From positions 87,668,001 through 87,732,000 of the forward strand of contig CM068745.1 of NCBI GenBank assembly GCA_035084275.1: DNA of 64,000 nt, in the 5' to 3' direction. This document shows, in pieces, positions 13,485-24,964 of this stretch. The DNA comes from Hydrolagus colliei. Taxonomy: Eukaryota. Position 1 is the stretch's first letter, and each line of letters starts with the position of its first letter. A program made the position numbers and the translations under genes. The notes under the pieces were generated by a model. It was not told where the DNA came from. It was given only the letters and a program-made list of their open reading frames with translations, and did not search any database.

Positions 13485-13690
13485 AACACAATAATAAAAA
13501 TTGGTCACTTTCAATCCACGACTGTTTGTGGGGGCCAATTGCTGCTGTGCGCAATTGGCTGCCGCGTTTCACCCACCAATTGACTGAAAAGTCAATTCAC
13601 TTTTCAGTGTATTCTGTGAAGACGCTTTGAGACGTTGATAAGATGTGGAAGGCGCTATATCAAATGCAAGGTTTATTATTTTTTTTTATT
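13485..13690 (+). mobile_element. SINE body and tail
   Basis: Same core and tail consensus as the other copies. Confidence 0.85.
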
Positions 13691-14004
13691 TAGCAAAGAG
13701 CATCAAAGCGCGTTGGTCCCTCTGCCAGCTTTTGTGTGAGGAAAAAAATCGAGAAAAAGATGGCTAATGGCTAACGTTTAAAGAAAAGCTCACTCGCTAG
13801 AAACATGTGTAAAAAATCTCATTCACATGTTCGTATGAGTGTTTAAGGTTTAATTATTCACTTTGGGGGAGCGGGAGGTATATAAATACGCTTGCTCATC
13901 TCTTCAAATAGTGCTTGTTTGGTTAGGTGCTCACAATGAGAATCGGGCTTACATGCGTAATGAAAAGATTGCAGTAATTAGCGATATACGATGCATATCA
14001 GAAG

Positions 14005-14312
14005 GTATTCAGGTCGAATGCACTTGCATTCCCAGTTCGGGCGAAACCTGGGCAAGTTTCCTTGCTCCACATGCCTGATAATAAACCCTCGAGAAACAAA
14101 GCCAATAATAAATTGGTCGTTTTTCAAACCACGACTGTTTGCGGGACACTGAAAATCGCTATATCAAATGGAAGGATTATTGCTATTATCCAATGATAAT
14201 ATTATTGATACCAATTATTGATACCAACTGATGGCGTCAGTCCTGTAGCTCAGTGGTTAGAGCACTCACCTTACAAGCGTGAGACCTGTGTTCGAATCTG
14301 GCGGGGCAAAAC
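14005..14312 (+). mobile_element. SINE fragments (internally deleted copy plus a separate tRNA-like head at 14238)
   Basis: cagtcctgtagctcagtggttagagcactc head; aaaccacgactgtttg core; tail. Confidence 0.75.
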
Positions 14313-15077
14313 CCTGTGGTCTATACTGCACCTCCTCGACAATGGAGCACTTAAGAAAGGCAGAGTTTGACTCCGAGCCGGGGAGATAATGGGAGATATC
14401 CGCAGGCCTAGTCAAGGAGGAAGGGCAGAAGAGTCGGAGGAGTTCCAGAGCACTGCGTCTTGAAAGAACAGGTGTCGACGGTGGAAGTGGACGGGGACAA
14501 GCGACAAGCAGGAGAAGGCATTTATTTTTTGTGACTGAGAGAGAGGGTGGTAGGATTCCGCTTCTTCATCCTCTGTCTAAAACGTACTCAGCGGTTGAGT
14601 TAGTGAGTGGATACGTGCTTCATTGTTTCAGCTATAGTTCCCATAATCGGGCACGCTCTTGGATTTGGAAAATGTGAGAGATAAAAGCTGTGTGTGGTGT
14701 ACGTTACCGAGGGGATATGCTTTGCTGTCAGCGCCTTGGGACGTCCTCCTGACCTGAAAGCCGCTTAGGTTCATTGTTGCTCCCCCCCTTACCCTCTCTC
14801 CCCTAACCCCACTTCCACTGACTGTTTGCGGGACACTATTGTGCAATTGGCTGCCCTTTTCGCCCACAAATATACAGTCATTTTTCCTACTCTCCTTCAT
14901 CCTCCCCCTCTCCCTACCACCCCCAGCTCTGGTCCCAACTTGACTGTTCAGCACCTTGTTTGGGACGTCCTCCCGACGTGAAATTCATTCTATAAATGTA
15001 ATTTGGTTGTTGTTGTTGCTGTTGTTGTCGGAAAGTGAACCTATCTTGACTTAACATTGCACCCGTAACGCGTTTAG

Positions 15078-15216
15078 GTAAGAAGGCCTCAGGCAAAGGG
15101 GGCTCCTCTGACCATGAAGGATGCTGGAAGGAGGATGATTGGCCGTTTTCACACGCTGGGACCAGTGGAACTAAGAAGTTGAAAAAATTTAAACTGAAAG
15201 ACGAATCTGTTCTCGG
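15078..15216 (+). CDS. BBX: BBX coding exon (GKKASGKGGSSDHEGCWKEDDWPFSHAGTSGTKKLKKFKLKDESVLG)
   Basis: tttag acceptor, gg|gtaagc donor, 139 nt (phase 1 to 2); matches BBX SSDHEGCW...GTSG.KK. Confidence 0.93.
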
Positions 15217-16306
15217 GTAAGCTGCTACTCTGACTCCCTTCGTCCACCCCTTCCCCCCACTTTCACCTCCTATCTCCAGCCCTGGTAGGGATCGAACCGC
15301 ACCCAGGAGCTGTCCAAACTACTCCAGGATCTACCTCGTCAAAGACCTGAATAAACAACGGTCTTAGCCTTAGATCCGTGATCTGAAAGATCTCAAATTT
15401 AGTCCTTTTCTGTGAAATCGGAGGCCGAATTTAAGAAGCTTCCAAAGTTCGACACACACTTAAGATTCCAAGAGAATAGTCTCGGAGGTGAGGCCAGAGA
15501 GATTTGAGTTTTGAGTAACCGTGCCTATACACCCACCCGGTAATGACAAGTACTTCGATGACTGATGAGATGTGTATCGCTTCGCTCAAACCCGCAGACA
15601 CCCAATTCACTCACTTCCCAGCCAAGCCCCTTTACTGCTTGCTTTTTATTTTTAGTTGGAAGTTCCTCTTGTATAAATCCTGATCCATTTCACTCTTTTG
15701 CTAACTGTGTTTGACTGATCTGACTGTCTGTCCAGCACCTTGGGACATCCTCCCGACGTGAAAGGCGCTCTACAGATGTAATTTTATTGTTGTGAATGTT
15801 GTTCTTCGAGATCCGTTATTGGGAAGCGCTCTGAGACGCCGTCCGGAGTGGAGAGAGGGCGCTGTATAAATCCAAGTTGTTGTTATCGTTCAAGCCACAA
15901 TGTCCCCATCCTCACACTTCACACTCTTAGCATTGGTACCTGATCTGGAAACTGTGTTATTAGTTGCACTGTTAGGATTGATCTAAATGTAATTTTGTTG
16001 TCCTATTACAAGTACAGTATGAGGCCCACAATCCTCACAGTTGCCTAGTAAGTAAAATCCAGTATAGAAATGTTAGATAGAATATTATATCACCGAAACG
16101 GGCCATTTGATCGATCGAGTCTATGCCGACTTTTAAACTGCGCTTCTCCCAATGTCCTCTCTTCAACCTTCGTATTTCCTTCTCCCTCATTGTGCCTCAA
16201 GTTCACCTCCTGCCCCAACACATTTGATTTGGAAACCGAAAGGGAAACGTGGGCGAGAAATCTTCTGGTTTATCTTTGACTCTACTCCCCCCCCCCCCAC
16301 GCCCCC

Positions 16307-16337
<31 letters not shown>

Positions 16338-16373
16338 ACAATAATTTTCAGAACTCTCTTGTTACCTTTTCAG

Positions 16374-16522
16374 TTTAGGGAACCTGGAGCAGGAGTTCGA
16401 AAAGAAATTTAACAGCCTTCCCCAGTATAGCCCAGTAACCTTCGACCGCAAGCACACAACGACCACAAGGAAAAAGAAAAAGAACAGGAGTGTGCCCACT
16501 GAGCAGCAGAAATCTGATAAAG
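16374..16522 (+). CDS. BBX: BBX coding exon (LGNLEQEFEKKFNSLPQYSPVTFDRK...)
   Basis: ttttcag acceptor, g|gtaaaa donor, 149 nt (phase 2 to 1); BBX motif EFEKKFNSLPQYSPVTFDRK. Confidence 0.95.
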
Positions 16523-16724
16523 GTAAAAATATATATATTACAGGGTTGCTTCATGGTTACTCAGTGTTATTAATGTGTTGAATATATAACCTATAACCTT
16601 TATATCCCCCCCCTAGCCACCAGTCTCCCCAGCTCCACTATCCATCAGGCTTAGTGCAAGTGAAAAGGATTATTTAAATAAACCTGGCGTGCTTTTAATA
16701 GAACCCGTGCGCTCGTGCTGTAGA

Positions 16725-16925
16725 TTCGAAAGGGCAAACCTTGGGCAAGTTTCCTTACTCCACACGCCAGATAATAATCCCTCAAGAAGATAAAAAATAA
16801 TTGGTCACTTCAGTCCATGACTCTGTGGGACGCTGCTGTGAGCGCTTGGCTGCCGTGTTTCGCTCACAGATATACAGTCAATTCACTTTACAGTATATCC
16901 TGCGAAGCGCTTTGAGACGTGTAGA
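16725..16925 (+). mobile_element. SINE (5'-degraded)
   Basis: accttgggcaagtttccttactccacac...core...gaagcgctttgagacg. Confidence 0.8.
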
Positions 16926-17685
16926 ATATGTTTTTTGAGCCTTTTTTGAGAAGGTGGGTGGGGGTGGGGTGGGGGAGGGGAGGGGAAGGGGGCGGAAGGA
17001 AATGAAGCTCTACCTCTGAGCACAGACGGACTGTTTCTGTCCTGTAACATTCGTGTAACTTTCGAACAGTTGTAACACTTGCTTCGAAAATACAGTCACT
17101 ACACATTACAGCCCTGCGCAGCACTTTGAGGCAATCACCTGACATGAAATGCCAGGAATCACTATTATACAACCATGCAGATGTTCACGTAGCAAATCAT
17201 CCGTGCAGATCTGCGCACCGCACGCACACGTGTAAATGTGTACGTAATAGTCTAAGACACCCACAGACAGCCGTAGTTGTCTATTCAGAATAAAATAAAA
17301 ACTGCTGATTTTCGTCGGCGCATTATAAATTATGATAATTGCAACAGCAGTTAGAGCGGCTTTGACGTGGGGGCAGTCAGTGGATTACTCCAGTGAATTT
17401 CACACGCCAGTCACGTCAGTTGCCTCTCGCAAAAGTGCCTGCGCGATTGAGACTCATAAGTGGCACTTATGTAAAATACAGCCAATTATTATCATTCACA
17501 AGAAACAATAAAAATCATACTAATACCTGCATTTGATATTGCCTAAAACATCTTCAAGACGCGATGAGTTTGATAAGCTCGCTCTGGTTTCAGAAAACCA
17601 ATGGATGATTAATTTAGACAATTAATTAATTTCACTGTTGAAACTCTTCAGCTGGGATACTGTGCCCCTGAATAATAATACTGAT

Positions 17686-18160
17686 AATAATCCTTGCATT
17701 TGATTTAGCGCTTTTCACATCTTATCGACGTCCCAAAGCGCTTCACAGAATATACTGTAAAGTGAATTGACTGTATATATATTCGTGGGCGAATCGTGGC
17801 AGCCAATTGCGCACAGCAGTGTCCCACACACACAGCCCACAAATATATACAGTCCAAAAATATATATATTCGCCCACAAATATATACAGTCAATTCACCT
17901 TACAGTGTATTCTGTGAAGCGCTTTGGGACGTTGATAAGATGTGGAAAGCGCTATATCAAATGCAAGGATTATTATTATAGCCGTGGGTTGAAATTACCA
18001 ATTTTATTATTGTGGTTTTTTTGGAGGGATTATTATTAGGCGTGTGTGTGTGTGGAGTATGGAAACTTGCCCAAGGTTTGGCCCTGACCTGCCTGGATTC
18101 GAACCCAGGTCTCCCCAGCTTGGTCTCCCCAGCTTGCAAGACAAGTGCTCCAACCACTGA
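17686..18160 (-). mobile_element. Minus-strand SINE with a plus-strand SINE tail inserted at about 17835-17980
   Basis: Order is tail(-), core(-), tail(+), then body and head(-) resume at gccgtgggttgaaa. Confidence 0.85.
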
Positions 18161-19433
18161 GCCACACGAGCTCCATGCACACTCCATGAATCTTATGCAC
18201 ACAGATGCAGAATGTAGGCATACATGTGGTTTAGTCCCTAAATCACTACTGGAGGATTTGGAGCCACAACAGAACAAAGTTTGAGTTAGTGCATCTTGTG
18301 CCTCTACGTGATCATGAGAATCTTTCAGGGATCCATTCTGAGGCCTGAAGCAAGGCAGCCATCATTGCTTTTCAATACTTAACCCCAGCATTTTCTATAA
18401 AACCATAGTCTCAAGTGGGTTGTAATGGTCGTGCAATGTCTCGTCTTATTTCCCTGCTCGCTGTCCCTCCCCCAGCTACATTTGTCAAGTCCTTTGAGGC
18501 ATTCGTTTGTTTGAAAGGCATGATAGGAATGCAACTTGGTGTAATGAGCCAAAACAAAGTGCTTTGGAGATGAGTCCGATCAACCATTCATTCGGTTGTT
18601 CGTTCATTCAACCTTCAAGCACAACTAGCATAAAATTCTGAGTAATGTCAAATAGTTCACCTGGAGCTTAAGTTTGGCAATACAATGGTTGTATTTACTG
18701 TATTAAGCACTGTCTTTTAAAAACAAATATACATATACAGTACTATCTTTGGATAAGCGTATTCGCCTGAGAATTCTGGGTGTGGATCAGGTATATCCTT
18801 ATCTGGAGTCAGCTGTACCATGATCTCAGCTATTATACGTCTCAAATCACTTCACAGAATATATTGAGAAGTGAATTGACTTTTGTGGGCGAAACGCTGA
18901 AGCCAATTAATGCGCGGCGGCAGTGTCCCACAAACAGTCGTGGATTGAAGTTGGGGGGTGAACCTCAAAGGAGAAACTCCCTTGCTTTCTGCTGACTGCC
19001 GTATGTGTTGATGGATGTGTTAGAAAACAAGGTCACATCTGTAAAGTGTGTGGTCCTTGCAATATGGAATTCTGTATGCTTTTTTCCATTATGCGTACGA
19101 CACTTTTAAAAATATATAGTTTTAATAACTAATTACATGTTTCGTTGTCGGTGTGACACAAAAAAAAATGGTGTTCCCATTGCAAACTACTTCTATCTCA
19201 CCACAACTATTTGAAAAATAATAGCGTGACTGTACAGATGGAAGCTGGCTGTCAGATTAGAGAATCCAACTGAGTGGAAGACGCAGTCACTGGAGAATCG
19301 AGTGCTTTTAAATCCTGGACGTCAAGTAAATGGATGCTGGCTGCGCTCTCTAGAGGACATGTCCAAACTTGAGACGGGGAACTGTTTTTTTCGTTGTTCG
19401 AGTTTGCTAATGGATTTCTTTCTCGCCTTTCAG

Positions 19434-19622
19434 CCATAATATTACAGGACGTGAATACCGCTGAACAGGCCCAGAAGGTGGAGCAGGCAACGTTAGCTCT
19501 GACCGGCCACGGATCGGCAGTGACGCACGAACCGCTAGTCGGCAGTCAAAAGCGCAAGGCCAGGAAAACAAAAATAACACACTTAATACGAACGGCTGAC
19601 GGTCGATTGTCACCTGCGGGGG
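19434..19622 (+). CDS. BBX: BBX coding exon (AIILQDVNT...EPLVGSQKRKARKTKITHLIRTADGRLSPAG)
   Basis: ctttcag acceptor, g|gtgagc donor, 189 nt (phase 1 to 1); conserved EPLVGSQKRKARKTKITHL.RTADGR.SPAG. Confidence 0.96.
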
Positions 19623-19964
19623 GTGAGCACCTAAAACGATGCACCACTCGATGAATGTTTGCACATTTATTTATTGATATATATATATACATATATATAT
19701 GTAATGCTGGGCGACAGAGGAGAACGGAGAGAGCTAGAGAATGGAATTTCAATTCTCTTGGGTTAGCAATTCTTTACTGGACTGTAAATGGTTGAATAGG
19801 ATTTAGCTACAATGGAATTGGTATTGAGCATCTGGTAGTTATATACACTATTGTGTATGTTGTGAGCCCCCCCAGCCCCCCCACCCTTGTCTCCGGGACT
19901 GTTAAGCAGCCGCGGACGTCCTCCTGACACGAAGGACGATTAAATAAATCTGGATTTGTATTGC

Positions 19965-20170
19965 AGTCGGGACTTGAACTCACATGGTCAATAAGCTCAC
20001 ACTCCCAATGTGGTGCTGGGGGGAGGGTTGGGGACGTAGCGTGAGAGGTGCCTTCCTTAGGATGAGATGTCCAAGGTCCTGTGGACGTTAAAATTCCCAG
20101 GGCACAACATGAACAGAGAGAGGAGGACTTCCTCCTGGCGTCCTGGCCAACAATCCCCCCAAAGTACAAT
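19965..20170 (+). mobile_element. Old Deu-domain SINE relic (SacSINE1/AmnSINE1-like)
   Basis: ggtgccttccttaggatgagatg...gtggacgttaaaattcccagggcac...cctggcgtcctggccaa resembles the DeuSINE central domain as I recall it. Confidence 0.6.
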
Positions 20171-20327
20171 CTATCCTGCGGTCTCCGGGTATTGATATAA
20201 ATGTACAAGAAAACTAGTATCTTTGCCTTTTGATTGAACCTGTTTTTTTTTCTCTCTCCCCCCTCCGCCCGCCCGCCACCCCCTCCCCCCACCCCTCCCC
20301 GCCCCCCCCCCCGCCCCGTTTCGAAAG

Positions 20328-20520
20328 ACGTAACCAAACAGAGGAAGCCATGCAAACAGGAAAAGAAAAAACAGCCATTAAAATCAGAGACTTTGGACAG
20401 AGGCTCAAAGAGTGACCCGACGTGCAGTATTTCACCAGAAAGGCCAGCTGCGCCCGCGATCCCGGCATTCTTCAGTTTAACCGCCCTGGCGGAGGTGGCA
20501 GCAATGGAGAATGTGCACAG
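20328..20520 (+). CDS. BBX: BBX penultimate coding exon (DVTKQRK...AFFSLTALAEVAAMENVHR)
   Basis: aag acceptor after a C-rich tract, ag|gtaaaa donor, 193 nt (phase 1 to 2); conserved AFFSLxALAEVAAMENVHR. Confidence 0.93.
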
Positions 20521-20552
20521 GTAAAAAAAAAAACTAAATACCCAACAGAAGC

Positions 20553-20630
20553 ATCTGCCGTGCCACAGCCCTCTCTGCCGTGCCACAGCCCCCTCTACCT
20601 TGCCACAGCCCCCTCTGCCGTGCCACAGGC
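20553..20630. repeat. About 20-bp tandem repeat x4 (ctctgccgtgccacagcccc)
   Basis: Four near-identical units about 30 nt after the donor. Confidence 0.85.
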
Positions 20631-21164
20631 CCATCAAGGAGCGAGCACCACCGAACACAGTTCTTTTTTGTTAAGATCTCAGTTACCATCAAGGTTTTCA
20701 TTGTCGTTTTGTCATTTGTCAGTGCCTCGGGCAGGTCCTCCCGACGTGAAAGGCGCTCTATCGATGCAATGTTGTTGTTGTGATTGGGCAGTAAAATTGA
20801 GCTCCATTAACAACAACAACAACAACAACAAAATTACATTCGTATCACGCCTTTCACGTCAGGAGGACGTCCCCGCTGCGCTGGACAGTTGCCGCTTCGG
20901 ACCCGAGCTGAGGACAGGGGGTGTGGGAGGTGGGTGGGTGGGGGGGAGGAGGAGTTGCCGATGGGTTCATCGCAGAGGAGAGTCTTGAGGCGAGACTTGA
21001 TTGTAACATGGGCAAAAATATATTCGGTTTCTCACGCCAGTTTCAACTTATCCCCAAAACAAGGAAAGTATAACTTTACCGTAGCTTCTCTGATCGGTTG
21101 GCAAATGAAATTTGACGTGCTGATTTCTGATCACTACTGCTATTGATGGCTTGTGGTGCTTGTA

Positions 21165-22122
21165 GTCCAGCAGTATATTGGTTGAGGCACTCGCCTCGCG
21201 AGTGAGAAGACCTGGGTTTGATTGCGGGCAGGCTGATACCTTAGACAAGTTTGCTCACTCCACACGGCTCTATTTACCTCGCGGTAGTTAGTCGATTGGC
21301 ACTCTGCTTTTCGGGGGTAATAATCTCTTCTTTTTTTTTTTAAATGATCATTTGGTCATTCAATCCACGACTGTTTGAGGCACATTTGCTGCACGCAATT
21401 GGCTGCAGAGTTTTAAGCACAAGGTATGTAGTATAGGGTCCGGCGATATATCGCTAAAACCCAATATAATTCTCATATCGATACGCCGATATAGGCATTT
21501 AAAAAATATCGATATATCGGGAAAGTCGATATATCGAAAAAATCAGAATGCCGCACACTGAACTACAAGACCCAGAATGCTCATCTCTATACACAATGCA
21601 CAGACCGAGGTGCAAAGCCGCCATATTGTATTCATAGTCCTAGAATACAATATACAGGTATGCAAGGGGTGAGGGGGGGGGAGAGAGACGGCGGTGGGGG
21701 GGTGGAGAGAGGGACAGCGGTGGGGGGGCGGGTGCGGGAGAGAGACAGGCTGGATGTAATAATATACAGATAGATAGAGATGGGGGGGATCTGAGAGAGG
21801 AGAGAGACACAGAGACACAGACTGAAAAACACAGAGATGGAGAGAGTGAGTGTGAGAGACACAGAGAGAGAAATATATTTACCTCCTGAGGAGATAGGCC
21901 CTGAATGCGCGCGCACCCTGAATGCGCGCCGCACGCGCATGTGTAGTACGAAAAACCCGGAAATATAAATATTTCTGTATATCTCGATATGAGCCCATCG
22001 ATATATCTAAATCGGAAAATTTCCATATCGACGGACCCTAGTATGCAGTCAATTCACTTTACAGTATATTCTTTGACGTCTCGATGACCTGATAAGGCGC
22101 TATGTCAAATGCAAGGATTACT
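21165..22122 (+). mobile_element. SINE interrupted by a MITE
   Basis: Head and core at 21165-21420; tail resumes at about 22045 (cagtcaattcactttacag). Confidence 0.75.
21434..22040. mobile_element. hAT-like MITE with ATATCG-rich subterminal repeats
   Basis: TIR tagggtccg...cggacccta; flanked by a near 8-bp TSD gtatgtag/gtatgcag. Confidence 0.75.
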
Positions 22123-22241
22123 ACTGTAGATTATTATGTGATTGCTTCATAGCTTCCACCAGGCGGCGTTCAGCATCAAATCCACGCAGTTCCCCGATCT
22201 GAATTCAATTTGATACCGATTCAGTTCAGATTCCCCTAAAG

Positions 22242-22576
22242 TAGTGTCCGGCAATATATCGGTATAATTTTTCCTTTCGATGTGCCGATATTGGAAATTC
22301 AAATATATCGATATATCGAAAAATTTGATACGTTAAAAAAAATCTATATATTGCAAATATTGGTATATCATTTCCGTCGATATATCGGTTATATTGGTAT
22401 ATATTGGTATAATGAGGACTTTTTCAACTTACCTTGTCGATATCCGAACGCGCGCGCACACCGGAATGCGCGCTCATGCGCAGGACAAAAAAACCCACGA
22501 TATCGATATATCGGTATATATAGATATGGGCAAACCGATATATTGATACTGGAAAATTTCGATATCGACAGACGCC
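22242..22576. mobile_element. Second, shorter copy of the ATATCG-rich hAT-like MITE
   Basis: Starts tagtgtccggcaatatatcg; many gatatatcg/ccgata units; same gcgcgcgc-type core as the first copy. Confidence 0.7.
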
Positions 22577-22774
22577 ACCTTAAAGCTACCATCACAGGTG
22601 CTCGCGTACTTGCATTTCACTTTATTTTATTGGTGCTGCGTCGTACAGCGCTGGCTGTTTGGGGGCGAGCCATCCACCCAGTGTTTTGTAAATACAGACC
22701 AAAGTTACTTGTCAGTTGCAGTGTTATGAGCAGTCTATGCTCTTAAGTAGGGTGATAGATTTTTCACGGTATAT

Positions 22775-23012
22775 TTCTGGGCTTAAATGCGACAGCCAAT
22801 TGCGCACAGCAGCGTCCCACAAAACAGTCGTGGATTGAAATGGCCAATTTTATTATTGTGTTTTTTGGGAGAGGGAGGATTATTATTAGTAGTAGATGTT
22901 TTGTGTGTGTGGAGTAAGGAAATCTTGTCTAAAGTTTCGCCCTGACCTGCCTGGATTCGAACACAGGTCTCACGCTTGCAAGGCGAGTGCTCTAACCACC
23001 GAGCTACAGGAC
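22775..23012 (-). mobile_element. SINE
   Basis: Reverse complement of core and tRNA-like head (ggattcgaac...ctctaaccaccgagctacagg). Confidence 0.85.
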
Positions 23013-23058
23013 TCGCAATGTTGGGATATTCATTCTTATGATTTGCTTTCCTTGACAG

Positions 23059-23146
23059 AGGCCAGCACGCAGTTACTCTCAACCATGACGGACAGCCAAA
23101 GGAAATGGCCCAAACTCCAGTCCTGATCTCCTGCGCGGACCAATAA
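23059..23146 (+). CDS. BBX: BBX terminal coding exon (RGQHAVTLNHDGQPKEMAQTPVLISCADQ*)
   Basis: ttgacag acceptor, phase 2, TAA at 23144-23146; matches the BBX C-terminus HDGQPKEM.Q.PVLISCADQ. Confidence 0.96.
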
Positions 23147-24931
23147 TACATCGTTATTTTGTATCTCTACAAACGGCTCGAAACACAGGAGGTTGGTCAG
23201 TTAGACTCACCCATCGACTGCGTTGTGGGAATCTTGCCTTCCGTGACTGAGTTCCTTACAAACCAGCTGGATGACGCTGACTCTGCAGAGTTCCCTGGAC
23301 AGGGTTGGGAAATGCGAGCTTTGTGGGGGAGAGAATGGGGGTAGGGAGAGTGAGAGAGAAGAAGAAGAAGAAGGAGGAGGAAGAAGAAGAAAAAACGTTT
23401 TCCGAAACGGGGGCTCAAACTAGTTTCTTCAGCTTTCGTTCCTTATCTGAAGGCGACCTGGTTTAAGGAAACCAAAAGTATACCGCTGTTTCAACAGAAT
23501 AACTGCCCTTGAAACATCCCATCGATTCTGGCAGCTTCACGCCAGGTGATCGGAGAGTTAGCTACTAGCGTTTCCTACAACTTCTAGCCTTTCTCAATTA
23601 ACACTGATGCACTGTGCTTAGTGACTAGATAATGTCAATCTCTCTCCCTCTCTTTTCTCTTTTCCTCTCTTTTTTTTCAAAAAAGGAAACCTATTGCGAT
23701 CTTAATTTCACAGAGAACCGTTTAATCATGAACTTCTGTCCAGACATGCACACAGAGAGAGGATGTGGCAGGAATAAAGGATTGCTCGAATGCTGCATGA
23801 TCGACCATCATATTAAGCATCACTTTTCCAAACACCACTGTTTAGTTGAGATTCTCTCTTAACCCTGAGTCGAGCTTTTAAATAGCACAATCTGTCTTTG
23901 TCTGTACGGACGGTACCAATTTGTTTTACATAATCTTTGCTAGTTTTATTTTCCATAATGATTAAATACGTACCGTTTTTGCTTTCCCTCGCTCAAACTT
24001 CACCGGCCCTGAGTTGTGGGCTAGTTTTACTGGACGTGACTGTTTTTTCCAATACTGTTAAGATGTGTAAAAGTCATTTGCTTATTTTTAAGCAATTATA
24101 GGCACTAATAGTGGCAGAGATCCTGCAAAGCTTTTTAGGTCCTAACTGTTGCACTGCAGTGTTTTTTTTACAGTGAATGATTAGTACGGTGGTTGTAGGG
24201 TTACTAATTCAACGAATTACTGAGGAGATATTCAGGTTTTTATTTCAGGTTGCAGAAGTATATCAGCACAAAACAAAAAAATAAATAAATGTCTTCTGTC
24301 AGACCAACAGCTAGAATTACCGATGTTTAGTGCCGCTTAGCTCGAACGCAAAAATCTGTTTCTGCAACACGTCAATTTCTGCCGATCATGTTACCAGAAT
24401 GGAAACCGGTTGAGTGGCGTAGAGGAGTTACACGACAGCTGCACCGATGGGGGACTGAAAGACAAGTCAGACGCTCTGAGGTGTGCCGGTCTCCCTTCGC
24501 GCTGTTCAGCGATGTCGTAGCAGCACCAATTGGATGTCCGTGAATTATGGCCATTTCGTTGACATCAGTCGGTGATTGCGTTAGAGCAAATCTATATTTC
24601 AGGGATCTTACAGGGTTATTCAGTGAATGTGTATATAATGCCCCCCCCCCCCCCCTTTTATATATATAAATATATATATAAACAGCACAGAAAGAAATAG
24701 CACGTTGCAATCGTTTCAGAGATGACTTGTTCTCTTACAAGATCATGACTGGAATTCACTAGAGGACGTTTTAAACTAGGGCGAACGGCACAGTTACAGT
24801 GGAACCTTATTGTGGTCTTTGAAATCTGAAGGTCACACAAAACGAGCTGCTTCAAGCCAATGGCAGTGGAATCCAGGTGCTGAATGCTTGAAGTGTTGGG
24901 TACCGAATCCAGTGATTGTATGAGTATGCAA

Positions 24932-24964
<33 letters not shown>

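Noticed and set aside
19261-19325. Candidate small BBX exon
   Set aside because: No pyrimidine tract, and either the donor or the frame is weak; similarity to the mammalian segment is limited to one or two residues.
19807-20658. 283-aa minus-strand ORF
   Set aside because: Antisense to a BBX exon, a tandem repeat and a SINE relic; low complexity.
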